From the IMG/VR virus record IMGVR_UViG_3300042402_002590, positions 1-24,146 of that record: a stretch of DNA of 24,146 bases; one strand, written 5' to 3'. Each line of letters starts with the position of its first letter. The stretch's first letter is position 1. Shown here in pieces: positions 1-10,002 of the stretch. The position numbers were made by a program, and so were the translations under genes. This stretch comes from a virus. Lineage: Duplodnaviria; Caudoviricetes. A model generated the notes under the pieces. That model worked only from the letters and a program-made list of their open reading frames with translations, was not told the origin of the DNA and ran no database searches.

Positions 1-379
1 AAATCCCTTCTCCATGATTTCCAAGAACATCAACCCAATTTACTTTATAGCCAACATATTTGCGACCCTGTGAAGTTACAAATCCAAAAGGATAATCAGT
101 TCCATAAATAGAACCGCCACTCATTGTCCCTACTAAAGTTGAGTTTTTCCATAATTTATAAACTGCTCCACTTGCGGAAGATGAACAAGCCTCAATAAAC
201 GATGTGAAATCATTTTGAAAATTATCATTTGGCTCATCAACGTTTGCAAGAACCTTTATTTTAAATTGTGAGCAACAATCCCAAAGTTCTTTATTTGGCA
301 ATAATAAACTTGGAAGCCCTCCTCCTTGATTAGCGTTAAGGGTTTGAAATGTTTTTGTAGCTGTTTCTCCGTCAAACAT
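1..379 (-). CDS. Putative tail/structural protein, runs off the left window edge
   Basis: My translation: ATG at 379, MFDGETATKTFQTLNANQGGGLPSLLLPNKELWDCCSQF..., open to position 1. Starts 11 nt after the stop of the 808-aa gene. Confidence 0.75.
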   Translation of the reverse strand, partial: MFDGETATKTFQTLNANQGGGLPSLLLPNKELWDCCSQFKIKVLANVDEPNDNFQNDFTSFIEACSSSASGAVYKLWKNSTLVGTMSGGSIYGTDYPFGFVTSQGRKYVGYKVNWVDVLGNHGEGI

Positions 380-390
380 ATTTTTTCAGT

Positions 391-2817
391 TTATTCGATT
401 ATTTTATTTTGACCGTCCTCAGTTAATTTATCTTGACTATCCTCTGTTATTTTGCTGCCTTCGGGAGCCTCATCTTTCTCATAAATTCTTGCAACGATTG
501 TATAATTAATGTTCCCTGTAGGAAGCAAAGTATTATCTATAACAGCCTCGGCCTTTATCGTTGTTGGGTTTACCTGTGTCAAAACAATCTTTTCATCAAG
601 CCCCGAAATAGGTGTAAATAAAGTCAAAGGTGTTGGTGTTTCCCATTGACTTGAATATCTATTCCTGCCTCCAATACCTCCCTGCTCATAAACCTCAATT
701 CCAAAAACAACTACAGCGTCAGCAATATCAAAAGGAGTGGTCCGTTCAAATGTAGCCCTTATTAATGTAGGTGCAAATGCTTGAATGTAATCTATTCCAC
801 CTGCAGAAAGAGGTGTTCCCGAAAGTGTAAAAGACTCTACTTGTTTTGTTGTGAAAATAGGGTTTGAGGCATAGTCATTTATATGAAGCAAAAGGTCGTC
901 GTCTTGCTGCCATTGTTGACCGTCAACGATTCCGCTTACTCCACTTCTTAAATATATCTCCCAATCTGATGTGATATAATGTAGCCAATCTTGATTGCTT
1001 CCATTGTTTGGTTGAGAAGGATTAAAGAAGTCGGTGTTTACTCCTATCAATTGAACCCAATATTCCCACCTTATCATAAATGGATAGTTGACATAAAATT
1101 CAGTTCCTCCACCTATAAAAACAGTTTCTATAGTAATATTTTTGCGTATTTCACCTGCAGGAATTTGAAATATTCGTGGAGTTGAGAAATTCATCACAGG
1201 CTGACCTGCAATGTAAATCATATTTACAGGTAAATTCCAACTTTCTAACAAGAATTCGGCTCCGTCTGATATTCTTTTTGCGACTATTTGCTGTCTAAAT
1301 TCAGTGATGTCAATTATGTCGGGATTTGGGATTGGTGAAAAACTTCCTATTATCCTTGACCTCATAACACACTCATCGTTCTTGAAAGTGGTCGGCAAAA
1401 TAGTACCTGAACCTGTCTCATCTTCCCAATGTCTGAAAAGATAAATATAGTTATTGTAATCTGCAGGATTTGGTGTTGTATCAAACTCATAAGGCTGAGT
1501 TATAATTGCCTGTTTATTTTGAATTGCAGCACTACTTGTTAAGTCAGCAATCGTAACCCAAAAAAGGAACCTCGGTGTTTGGCTTTCTTTAAATACTAAA
1601 TAGGCATCGTTTCCAATTAAAACCTCCATTTGAACGTGAAGCTTATAGTCATTAACTATGTCAACTTTCCACCTGTATATCGTTCCTGATGCTGTCCCTG
1701 AATCAACAGGATACTTCCAAATACTATCAGACTGTCCTGCTTCATTTTTAAAAACAAAGTTCGTTTCAAAATCCCTGCCATTTGTTTGATATTCCGCCTC
1801 TAAATTAGGAATCTTGCATAGGCCAAGCAGAAGTCTTGTAACGTCCGTAAACGTAACGTTTGTGGCCTCTATATCAAATTCTACTAACTGAATACCACTT
1901 AAGGCAGTTAATATTAATGATGTTTTAGCAACCCCTCCGTATGAAAAAGCTACGTTTGTTATAAATATATTCTGTGTTCCTCCATTAAATACCTCGTTGA
2001 ACCACCCACTATTCCCCAACTCTAAAGGACAATCCGTACTTTGATTTGAGTTTGGGTTTTGAAATTGAGCTGCTGCTCTTATTTGATAGACATGCCTTAA
2101 ACATTTATTGTTAATGTAATAACTCGGTGCAATAATGTTTTGCAAATCTGTTATTTGAGGTGCTAAAAAAATCGGGAGAACATTTGTTTCATGAATTATC
2201 TTGAAGCTTTGCCTTCCTGTAGTTAAATCCGTAGCGACTCTTTGAATTGTGGCCGAGCCTATTTGATATGGAGGTAGTCCATTGAATACCATATTAACAG
2301 GTGTCGTGCCCGACGCAGGAATATTCAATGAGGTTAAACTTTGAAATTGACCGTCAACCTTTGACAAGAAATTTATCGGCTCATTGTTTTCAATAAATCC
2401 ATAAGGCATTGACACTCCTGTAATAATTGACAGATTGTTTATGATCATGTCAAAATCAGAGTAGTTATTTGGAAGTGGATTACCTGTGGTCAAACAATTA
2501 CTTAAAAGAATATTGTTATTTGTAAACTTATTTATAACAGTAAACTTATTGTTTGTCGCAAAATATCCTGTTCCTACTATGTTTATAGTGTCACCAACAT
2601 TTAATGGAGAAAACCTACCTGAATTATTGAATAATTGATTTTGAAAAACAGGTGTTTGAGTAGTTAAAGGGCTGTTCGCTGTAAAAGAAATTTGAGTAAA
2701 GCACTCAAAATCAATCTCAATTGTTAAAGGCTCGCCTATGGCAAACAAGGACCAATGAACGCTTGTTGAAGGCTTTAACCTGTCTTTTATTTTCCTTGAA
2801 ATTATCGTTACAGCCAT
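391..2817 (-). CDS. Large putative tail-tip/structural protein (808 aa)
   Basis: Long ORF rich in N/T/I/F, beta-strand-like composition, downstream of the tape measure. C-terminal tandem TED motif (ITEDSQDKLTEDGQ). Function inferred from position only. Confidence 0.6.
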   Translation of the reverse strand: MAVTIISRKIKDRLKPSTSVHWSLFAIGEPLTIEIDFECFTQISFTANSPLTTQTPVFQNQLFNNSGRFSPLNVGDTINIVGTGYFATNNKFTVINKFTNNNILLSNCLTTGNPLPNNYSDFDMIINNLSIITGVSMPYGFIENNEPINFLSKVDGQFQSLTSLNIPASGTTPVNMVFNGLPPYQIGSATIQRVATDLTTGRQSFKIIHETNVLPIFLAPQITDLQNIIAPSYYINNKCLRHVYQIRAAAQFQNPNSNQSTDCPLELGNSGWFNEVFNGGTQNIFITNVAFSYGGVAKTSLILTALSGIQLVEFDIEATNVTFTDVTRLLLGLCKIPNLEAEYQTNGRDFETNFVFKNEAGQSDSIWKYPVDSGTASGTIYRWKVDIVNDYKLHVQMEVLIGNDAYLVFKESQTPRFLFWVTIADLTSSAAIQNKQAIITQPYEFDTTPNPADYNNYIYLFRHWEDETGSGTILPTTFKNDECVMRSRIIGSFSPIPNPDIIDITEFRQQIVAKRISDGAEFLLESWNLPVNMIYIAGQPVMNFSTPRIFQIPAGEIRKNITIETVFIGGGTEFYVNYPFMIRWEYWVQLIGVNTDFFNPSQPNNGSNQDWLHYITSDWEIYLRSGVSGIVDGQQWQQDDDLLLHINDYASNPIFTTKQVESFTLSGTPLSAGGIDYIQAFAPTLIRATFERTTPFDIADAVVVFGIEVYEQGGIGGRNRYSSQWETPTPLTLFTPISGLDEKIVLTQVNPTTIKAEAVIDNTLLPTGNINYTIVARIYEKDEAPEGSKITEDSQDKLTEDGQNKIIE

Positions 2818-2821
2818 CTTT

Positions 2822-3046
2822 TTATTGATTAACTTCTTTAAACTTTTCCTTTATTTCCTCAATTTGTTTTAACAGTCCGCTTTCTTTTAATGCTGTAGCC
2901 ATTTTTAGCTTTTCCTCATCTGTTCCTGCATTGTCTTTGGCATCATTAAGCATTGTTTCAACTTGTTTAAAAAGCGACTCAATGCCATTTGTGATATTTT
3001 TTACATCATCTTTAACTCTATTCCCCTGTTGGTTCTGTGAAAACAT
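2822..3046 (-). CDS. Small helical hypothetical protein (74 aa)
   Basis: Fills the gap between two tail genes, overlaps the upstream gene by 29 nt, K/E-rich amphipathic sequence. The start codon is uncertain. Confidence 0.65.
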   Translation of the reverse strand: MFSQNQQGNRVKDDVKNITNGIESLFKQVETMLNDAKDNAGTDEEKLKMATALKESGLLKQIEEIKEKFKEVNQ

Positions 3047-4829
3047 AACTTAAATTATTGGTGTAAATATACGGTTCTTTTGTTTTTATTTCTGCAAAGT
3101 TATTCCAAATATTGAATTTTACAGACTCTATTTTTATAATATCACCTGACTCATTAAATGCATTCGGGTTATTCTTCAATGATAGGTAGTTTTGCACCGT
3201 TAAAGGTACTGTCGGAAACGTTCTTTTTTTAAATTGAGAGAAATAATCTATAGAGTAATAATTGTCAAAGTGCTTTTTTGCTGTGGGCTGATTGACCTTT
3301 AATTTACCGTCGGTGCCAAGCGCTAACAATTTATTTTCAGAAAAAGAATCTGCTTGAAGCAGGAGCATTCCTATCCTGTTATCCAAAACGTCACCCAAAG
3401 GCTCATAAACTATCGGAGTTATTGTAGGAATATCAGGGAAGTCAAAAGAAACGAATGTTTCAATAAAATCTATCGCATCATTTATTAAATCAATAATATC
3501 ATTGATCACCCCAATTACTGCATTCAAAGCGTTTACTGTAGGAATTATAATTGCATCTAAAACTTCCCCAATCGTATCAAATATTTTCTCTATAGGTGTT
3601 AACTCTGCCTTCCTTTTACCGAGTGCAAAGTTAAAATTTACTTGCTGCAAACCCCTCATTAATACCATTTTTTGATTGATAACATTTATTGGTTTTACAG
3701 TAACTTGAAAATTAGTTCCCTTCCAATCTGTTATCGTGTTAGAATCAATTAAGTCCCACTTAAAACTACTATCAAAGTTAGCCTTAAACTCATCTGTATT
3801 TAACGTGAATTCAGGGTTATAAATATCAGGTATAGTGTACTGTGGAGCTGACGTTGAAAAGTCCTTCCTTTCAAATATTAAGGTGCTTCCCTGTAATATT
3901 ATTTTGCCATTAAATAAATCTTTTTGATCAACTATAAATTGAGCAAAAGTCCCCGAAGGAAAGCCAAATTGAGGGAATTCATTTGGTGCAAACGCTCCCA
4001 ATATCCCAAAGTTAAATTCATTCTGTGGGTTAACAGGAACAACCGACTTTTTAGGAATTATATAATAGTCATTCGGGATCACTGAACTTTGGAAGGTCAA
4101 TTGCAAATGTTGACAGCCTTTCTCAAATAGTCTTCTGACAGAAATACCTTTATGATATTTTACCTTTTGAATTATCAAAGCGAATATCTGCTTCACCAAT
4201 AAAATACAGGCAATTAATAAAGTAGTAAACTTTAATATTTGAATAATAATGTAGAAAATCATTCCATAACTTATAGGGTCGGCTGTCAAACTTGCTATGG
4301 CCGAAATCAAGTCTTTTCCTGCAGCAATTAAAGATTGAGTTACAAAGGCAAAACCTATCGTCATTGTAATCATTTTCTGATAGTCAGGTATGCTGCTTAT
4401 AATGTATGGAATGTCTATAAAGTCACTTTGAGTAATTACCCCAATTGAAAAAAGATATTCAAATGAGAAGCCTGTAGCGACGTCATTCAACCAATCAAGA
4501 GAGTAGTTTGCTTTTGACTTTGCTGTTATTTCAAACTCATTGAAAACAGTGCTATCTGAAAGGTCAATGTATCCGTCAAAGACACTTGACGTAGCCCCCT
4601 GCGAATCTGATTGCTCAATCCTAAAAGGTATCCCCTCAAAGATATAGCCATTGGTTATCCAAGTGTTAACAGCGTCAATGTTTTCACGAACAAAATTCCA
4701 ATCATTAATAGTTATTTGCTCTGACTTGAATTCATTATCTGAAAAGTTGACCTCTAATGACAATTCTCTCCAATTTGAAGGAGGGTTTATGATTGAATTG
4801 TTTAAATAAAACTTTATATCACTTGCCAT
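3018..4829 (-). CDS. Putative tail hub/tip protein with internal hydrophobic segments (603 aa)
   Basis: Start overlaps the tape measure stop (TAATG). Hydrophobic stretches MITMTIGFAFVTQSLIAAG and YGMIFYIIIQILKFTTLLIACILLVKQIFALII. Confidence 0.6.
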   Translation of the reverse strand: MASDIKFYLNNSIINPPSNWRELSLEVNFSDNEFKSEQITINDWNFVRENIDAVNTWITNGYIFEGIPFRIEQSDSQGATSSVFDGYIDLSDSTVFNEFEITAKSKANYSLDWLNDVATGFSFEYLFSIGVITQSDFIDIPYIISSIPDYQKMITMTIGFAFVTQSLIAAGKDLISAIASLTADPISYGMIFYIIIQILKFTTLLIACILLVKQIFALIIQKVKYHKGISVRRLFEKGCQHLQLTFQSSVIPNDYYIIPKKSVVPVNPQNEFNFGILGAFAPNEFPQFGFPSGTFAQFIVDQKDLFNGKIILQGSTLIFERKDFSTSAPQYTIPDIYNPEFTLNTDEFKANFDSSFKWDLIDSNTITDWKGTNFQVTVKPINVINQKMVLMRGLQQVNFNFALGKRKAELTPIEKIFDTIGEVLDAIIIPTVNALNAVIGVINDIIDLINDAIDFIETFVSFDFPDIPTITPIVYEPLGDVLDNRIGMLLLQADSFSENKLLALGTDGKLKVNQPTAKKHFDNYYSIDYFSQFKKRTFPTVPLTVQNYLSLKNNPNAFNESGDIIKIESVKFNIWNNFAEIKTKEPYIYTNNLSYVFTEPTGE

Positions 4830-7381
4830 TATATCCTGTTTTTATGAATAGTTATATCTTTTATTCCCTTTTTTACTGTGGTTTTTATGATGTCACCCAA
4901 ATTACTTAACTCTACATTTTGGACAGGTTTATTATTTATGGCCTCTGCAATCATGTCTAACTTTTGTAATACTCTAAAGTCCATAACACTTTTAGGTGAC
5001 TGCTCCACCTTATTTGAAACACTTCCATAGTTCAAGAGAATCCCTTTATTGTAGGCTTCAAGAACATTTGCTGCTTCATCGTTTGAGATATTCCCAATCT
5101 TTTGATTTTGTGAAGGATTAAAAATACGTTCTTTCCCGTCAACTGCAATCACATAACCGTCGGTGCCGGAGTGAACCTTGCTCCCTTGAAGGTCACGACC
5201 TACGTTTTCAGTTCCTTCAATGAAATTCCCTGAAATAACTGCTGCCAAAGTAGTGTCTATGATTGCTTTTTGGAGGGCTGTAGTAGGCTCTGTTTTGGCA
5301 TAACTTGAAAATAGGTTATAGAATGCAATTATCTTTTGCTCCCTAACCTCCTTTTGTTTTTGCCTCTCACTTTCAAGTGCCAACTTTGCCTGTTTCTGTC
5401 TTTCAAAAGCGAGGGTGTTTTCTAAACCCCTTTCAGCGAGTCTTTGCTGCAAAGATATAGCCTCCTCATTTAACTTTTGTTCTGCAGCCAAAGCATCAGC
5501 CCTTAACTTATACCTTTCCTTTAAAGCCTTATCAAGGTTTGCGACCACCTTATCTGTTTCAGCAATGTCCTTTTGAATTTGCTTTTGAAATTCAGCGTCC
5601 TTTTTTAAGGCCTCTCTTTTTTGCTTTAGAAACTCCTCAAAAGATTCAATTTCACTTGCATAAAACTCCTCCATTAATGCTTTTTGAGTAGTGTTAAATT
5701 CAACTGCTCCTGCGATTTGAGCTGCTTCAAATGATGAAGTTCTTTTTTCATTCATCTTATCAATTAAAGATTGAACCTCTCGCATTTCACTATTTATTGT
5801 TTCCGACCTTGTTTTTGCGACAGTCATGTTATCCTCATCAATTAACCTTTGTAGTTCCTTGCTCCTTTCCCTTCGAGCGTTAACCCAATCTTCAAGTTTT
5901 TTATCCCTTTCCTCCCTTTGCTTTTTTTCCTCCGCTGCTAACTCTTTTGCCCTATTTGCAGCAGCCTCTTTTTCGGCTTTGGCCGCCTCGGCTGCTGCTA
6001 TTTCTTTTTCAAGAACCTGAGTTTTTATAAGTGCTGATGATTCATTCTTAAAGTTTTTCTGCAATTCAAGCAAGTCCCTGTTAAATTTCCTTTTGTTTAA
6101 CATTTCTTTGTAGTCACCCCTGTAGCCCTCCTCCATTCTTCCATTCCTTAACTCTGAAAGGTTTAAATCTAATTCTTTAGCTAACTTTAAAACTGCATCG
6201 GAATAATCTTTTGATATTTTCTTCCTTTCGTTGCTATTTTGCAGTTCTTTTAATTTAATATCGGCCTGTTCTTTTGTGATTTTGCCTTGCGCCTCTGATA
6301 ATTTTATTAAATATTCAGCCTGTTTATTGCCTAAATCTTGAATGTTTGTAGTGGTTCTTTCAATGTTTTCATTCAATGTTTCAGTGATGTCTGAAAACGA
6401 AGTGAATGACTTTATAACGTCATAAGTAACATAACCTATACCTGCTATCGCTGCTGCAATTAAAGTCAAAGGATTCAACAATAAAGCCTTCCCTACGTTA
6501 AACAATGCAACCCCTAAGGCCTTTAACCCCGAGACTATTTCAGTTAAGGATATAGCTTTAATTACTGAACCAAATTGCTTTGCTTTGTCGGCTGCTCCTG
6601 CAAAGTCTAAATCCTTTATATCACCACCTACTTGACCAAAAAGATTTCCTGCAGTTGATAATTTGCTGTCATTTGCGAACGCTTTTGTTGCATCTTTTGC
6701 ATCATTTATTTTGTCTTTTAAAGCACCTGCCTCGGCTGCAAGTTTGTTAAATTGCTCACTACCTACCTCCAACCCTTGAAGTTCCTTCTGAATAGCTTTT
6801 AGCTGTTGTGGATAGTTCCCGACATTTCTTTGGAATTCACCAACTGACTGCTCTGCTCCCCTAATCTTTTTATCAAGTGCTTGAAATTCCTCACCTAAAG
6901 ATTTGTAAAGTTTACCATTGGTCCTTCCTGTAAACTCTAATTCCTTTAGCTGTTTTTTTATTTCATTTAAGTGCTTTGTGCCTTTAACGTATTCACCGTT
7001 TAAACTGTTTAAAGCCTTCTCCGCTGCTCTATTTTGCCTGTTAGTTAACTCGGTGTTCTTGATCACTTCACGTTGAGTTCTAACCTTTTCCTGCAGTAAC
7101 TTTTCAGATTGCTTTAATACTTCTATTTCGCTTTTTTCAATTAATGCTTTTTGTTTAATTAAAGCTGACGACTCTGCGATTGCTTGATTAAGTTTCTTTA
7201 CATCATCATAAGACTTCACTTTAAAAGTGCTTACAAATTGCTTCTGAACCTCCATAGAACCTTTCAATTCGTTCTTGGTATCCCTAACTATCTGCAGAAA
7301 CTTTTCGCTGCTTGAAATCGCATCTTTAAATGCATCTTTTTCAAATAGGTCACTTGCTGATAACGCTTTTCCTGTACTCAT
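4829..7381 (-). CDS. Tail tape measure protein (850 aa)
   Basis: Long coiled-coil K/E/A/Q-rich protein with a QRNVGNY motif, a central hydrophobic LLLNPLTLIAAAIAGIGY segment and a C-terminal FIEGTE...DGKERIFN region. Located after the major tail gene. Confidence 0.85.
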   Translation of the reverse strand: MSTGKALSASDLFEKDAFKDAISSSEKFLQIVRDTKNELKGSMEVQKQFVSTFKVKSYDDVKKLNQAIAESSALIKQKALIEKSEIEVLKQSEKLLQEKVRTQREVIKNTELTNRQNRAAEKALNSLNGEYVKGTKHLNEIKKQLKELEFTGRTNGKLYKSLGEEFQALDKKIRGAEQSVGEFQRNVGNYPQQLKAIQKELQGLEVGSEQFNKLAAEAGALKDKINDAKDATKAFANDSKLSTAGNLFGQVGGDIKDLDFAGAADKAKQFGSVIKAISLTEIVSGLKALGVALFNVGKALLLNPLTLIAAAIAGIGYVTYDVIKSFTSFSDITETLNENIERTTTNIQDLGNKQAEYLIKLSEAQGKITKEQADIKLKELQNSNERKKISKDYSDAVLKLAKELDLNLSELRNGRMEEGYRGDYKEMLNKRKFNRDLLELQKNFKNESSALIKTQVLEKEIAAAEAAKAEKEAAANRAKELAAEEKKQREERDKKLEDWVNARRERSKELQRLIDEDNMTVAKTRSETINSEMREVQSLIDKMNEKRTSSFEAAQIAGAVEFNTTQKALMEEFYASEIESFEEFLKQKREALKKDAEFQKQIQKDIAETDKVVANLDKALKERYKLRADALAAEQKLNEEAISLQQRLAERGLENTLAFERQKQAKLALESERQKQKEVREQKIIAFYNLFSSYAKTEPTTALQKAIIDTTLAAVISGNFIEGTENVGRDLQGSKVHSGTDGYVIAVDGKERIFNPSQNQKIGNISNDEAANVLEAYNKGILLNYGSVSNKVEQSPKSVMDFRVLQKLDMIAEAINNKPVQNVELSNLGDIIKTTVKKGIKDITIHKNRI

Positions 7382-7382
7382 G

Positions 7383-7835
7383 TTAATTTTTATTTTTAAG
7401 TGATTGCTCCTTATTATATTCTCTTAAATATCCATACCATTCGGAAACAGTTATTTTTTTAAGGTTTATCTTGAATCCAAACCATCTTTCTAACATAAGC
7501 CTTGTACTTGACAGGCCGACACCTTTTAGTTCTTCAAGAGCCTTTAATTCATTTATCCTTAATTCAATTAATGTTAAGTTAAACCTATCCCCTGTAATTG
7601 CAAGTTCAAGTTCTAACAAACATATCTCCTGCAGGAGGTCAATCTGCTCTTTGAATTGTTCTGAAATTCCAAACTCATCAACTAATTGTCGTTGAATATT
7701 TTCAAGAGCCTTTACGTTGTCGCCAAAATATCCCTTTTTTTTAACAAGATATTCATATTTGTTTTCATTTATTACCTTAAAGTAATTATGAATAGGCATC
7801 TCATCAATGCTGCTATAAAATACTTTTTTTAACAT
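7383..7835 (-). CDS. Hypothetical protein, possible tail assembly chaperone
   Basis: Directly upstream of the tape measure. The C-terminal KKITVSEWYGYL resembles chaperone-type endings. ATG 7835 preferred over TTG 7841. Confidence 0.5.
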   Translation of the reverse strand: MLKKVFYSSIDEMPIHNYFKVINENKYEYLVKKKGYFGDNVKALENIQRQLVDEFGISEQFKEQIDLLQEICLLELELAITGDRFNLTLIELRINELKALEELKGVGLSSTRLMLERWFGFKINLKKITVSEWYGYLREYNKEQSLKNKN

Positions 7836-8271
7836 AGTCAATTATTATTGGTTTTGATTTTTCAACTAACTTTTCAATACTATACTCGTTAAGCCCCACG
7901 AATTGACCAAATGATTTTTGCAAATCCTTCCCCTCTTTTATTGTGTTCGCTGAAAGCATTAATTCAAGCGCGACTATTTTAGTTTTAAAAGTTGAATAAA
8001 GAAGCCCTGTATCTCGCATCGTAACTCTGTCATAAGGCTGACCTTTTTCCTTCTTCATTGCGATTGTAAAGTCGGTATAGACTTCACTCGGCCGAGCCCT
8101 TCTTGATCTCATTGCCACCCCAAAAACATCAACCCCTTTTTCAAACAATTGAATGTCTTTGTTTAAATGTATTGCTTCCATTTGGATTTCCTTACTACTT
8201 ATAACCTCCTTTGTTACCTTATCTTTCGATAATTTATGAAGTTTATTTGCAAATAATTCAAGATTCCACAT
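7813..8271 (-). CDS. Putative neck/tail-completion protein (HK97 gp10/virion morphogenesis-like)
   Basis: Basic protein with KGQPYDRVTMRDTGLLY (the 'DTG.L' motif is typical of this group). Start moved to ATG 8271 (MWNLEL) because the ORF-track start lies inside a terminator hairpin. Confidence 0.6.
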   Translation of the reverse strand: MWNLELFANKLHKLSKDKVTKEVISSKEIQMEAIHLNKDIQLFEKGVDVFGVAMRSRRARPSEVYTDFTIAMKKEKGQPYDRVTMRDTGLLYSTFKTKIVALELMLSANTIKEGKDLQKSFGQFVGLNEYSIEKLVEKSKPIIIDYVKKSIL

Positions 8272-8275
8272 GATG

Positions 8276-8283
8276 CAAATGTA
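8276..8283 (-). promoter_or_regulatory. Bacteroidota-type -7 promoter box (TACATTTG)
   Basis: Matches TAnnTTTG. Lies between the terminator and ATG 8271, only 4 nt before the ATG. Confidence 0.6.
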
Positions 8284-8284
8284 T

Positions 8285-8317
8285 AAAAAAAGCCCTAACA
8301 TTTACGATAGGGCTTTT
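8285..8317 (-). terminator. Rho-independent terminator after the major tail gene
   Basis: Minus strand AAAAGCCCTA-TCGTAAATGT-TAGGGCTTTTTTT: inverted repeat followed by a U-tract, about 20 nt past the stop at 8337. Confidence 0.8.
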
Positions 8318-8336
8318 CATTAAGTTAATTAATTTG

Positions 8337-9290
8337 TTAAACTACGACTCCTGTAGTTCCTAACATAGTTGAAGCATCAAGTGAATTCTTTTTAAGCAAT
8401 GGCTGTAAAACGTCAGCCACTACCTGAGAAGGATACGTTAACGTATATTGACCTGCAACTGTCGTACTTTCAACTACACTCACTAACGTTACGTCAGAAG
8501 CATCTGTAATATTATAGATTCTACTTGCAAGTAAGCTGTCACTTGATATGAAATCAGAGATTGTTAAACCACGAACAGGAGTTTCATGAATAATGTCACC
8601 CTGCTTAATTTTCAAGTTAACAACCATTTCTGTTTGGTCACAAGATAATACCTCGGCATAAACATTCATCAAGCCTTTTAAGTTAACAAGGTTAATACCT
8701 GTAATGTCAGAAGCTAAAATCATTTTCATGTCCTCGTCTCTCTCATCAATTGCCCACTCAAAAGAAAGCATTAACTTCTGAACCGCTGAGTCGTTTGTGA
8801 AAACAAACTTTGAGTTAAAAGTCGCTGCATCAATTGCGATAGGATAAAGCAATCCATCATTGTTCTTTACTTTACCGATTAAATTACCATTATTGTCAAT
8901 GATAAAAATACCGAATGTTGAACATTGATTTGCGTTTAATTGACCTGATAATTCAGGGCTGCCTTTAATAATTAAGGCTGTTACATTTCTCACCCCTTGG
9001 CGAATAAGGATTTTGCTTTGGTCTTCAAAGGTTTCGTAAACAGGCTCTGCTCTTTCTCCTGCTACATTCTTTAATTCGCCTGTAGGATACCAACGCTTTG
9101 AGTCGTCGGCCTCGTTTACTAATTGCGTAAAAAAGTTACTACTTAAAGTAACCAAAGGGTTAACACTATTTTCGGTTCCGTCGTTAGCGACAAGAGGTAC
9201 TAAAATGAACTGTTTTTGTACTCCAATAATTGGATAACAGTTTGGTCTTCCTGTATTTTGAAGTGATACATCACATGAACATAAACTCAT
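8337..9290 (-). CDS. Major tail (tube) protein (317 aa)
   Basis: Position between neck genes and tape measure, followed by a terminator as expected for an abundant protein. Cys-rich N-terminus CSC..NTGRPNC. Probable C-terminal Ig-like extension (ESTTVAGQYTLTY). Confidence 0.7.
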   Translation of the reverse strand: MSLCSCDVSLQNTGRPNCYPIIGVQKQFILVPLVANDGTENSVNPLVTLSSNFFTQLVNEADDSKRWYPTGELKNVAGERAEPVYETFEDQSKILIRQGVRNVTALIIKGSPELSGQLNANQCSTFGIFIIDNNGNLIGKVKNNDGLLYPIAIDAATFNSKFVFTNDSAVQKLMLSFEWAIDERDEDMKMILASDITGINLVNLKGLMNVYAEVLSCDQTEMVVNLKIKQGDIIHETPVRGLTISDFISSDSLLASRIYNITDASDVTLVSVVESTTVAGQYTLTYPSQVVADVLQPLLKKNSLDASTMLGTTGVVV

Positions 9291-9318
9291 TTTTTTTATT
9301 TTTTATTATTGTGAATAA

Positions 9319-10002
9319 TTAATTTGAACAGGCTGTAAAACTTTTATTGAAAGGTATTTTTATGAGCATTTCAGTTCCTGAAATATTATCATCGAAAATC
9401 TTTTTAATTACTCCCGAGATACTTACCTCCCCGAAACTTGCATAGTCATTTTCCTCATAAGAAATTTTATTCGCTGCATTTGTGTAAGCGTAATTTTTAA
9501 GTGATAATTCAAAGGCTTTTACTAATTGTTTCATCGGCCTTATTGCATTTTCAATATGGTCACCACGAAGCCAATTCTTTGGGTCGCAATCAACCATAAA
9601 ATAAATAGCGCAATCAGAAACGTAATCAATTGTGCTCTCATCATCTTCAAAACTTTCCTTCGCATTTAAGTGAAGGTAAATAAAAGGCAGTTTGAAATTA
9701 CTGCTCTTTACTTTTATCAATTCAGAGTTTACCTCCAAAAAAGTTCCGTAGTAAAAGAAAGGTATTGCTAATTGGTAAACTGATTCTACAGGTTCTATCA
9801 TGCTTTCAACTGTTATTGAAACATTCATTTCAACTTCAACGATTGTCATGCCGGAGAGTAGTTTCCCAAAAGAAGCCCACTTCGTATTTGTTGAGTAAAG
9901 TTTGTACCTGTTATCCCCCAAATCCTCATAGTCAGCAATTGTGATGTTTAGGTCAATTGCATTAATGATATTTCTGATATGGTCCGTAGTTATTAAGCCC
10001 AT
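9319..10002 (-). CDS. Putative tail terminator/neck protein (227 aa)
   Basis: Immediately upstream of the major tail gene, contains a KLPFIYL motif. Positional inference. Confidence 0.5.
   Translation of the reverse strand: MGLITTDHIRNIINAIDLNITIADYEDLGDNRYKLYSTNTKWASFGKLLSGMTIVEVEMNVSITVESMIEPVESVYQLAIPFFYYGTFLEVNSELIKVKSSNFKLPFIYLHLNAKESFEDDESTIDYVSDCAIYFMVDCDPKNWLRGDHIENAIRPMKQLVKAFELSLKNYAYTNAANKISYEENDYASFGEVSISGVIKKIFDDNISGTEMLIKIPFNKSFTACSN

Noticed and set aside
7383-8271. Programmed frameshift of lambda G/GT-type tail chaperones
   Set aside because: The upstream gene looks like a neck protein rather than a chaperone. A-runs are too common here to single out a slippery site.
8272-8301. 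ORF-track N-terminus MLGLFLYICI, which looks like a signal peptide
   Set aside because: It is the translation of the terminator hairpin and promoter box. ATG 8271 is the better start.
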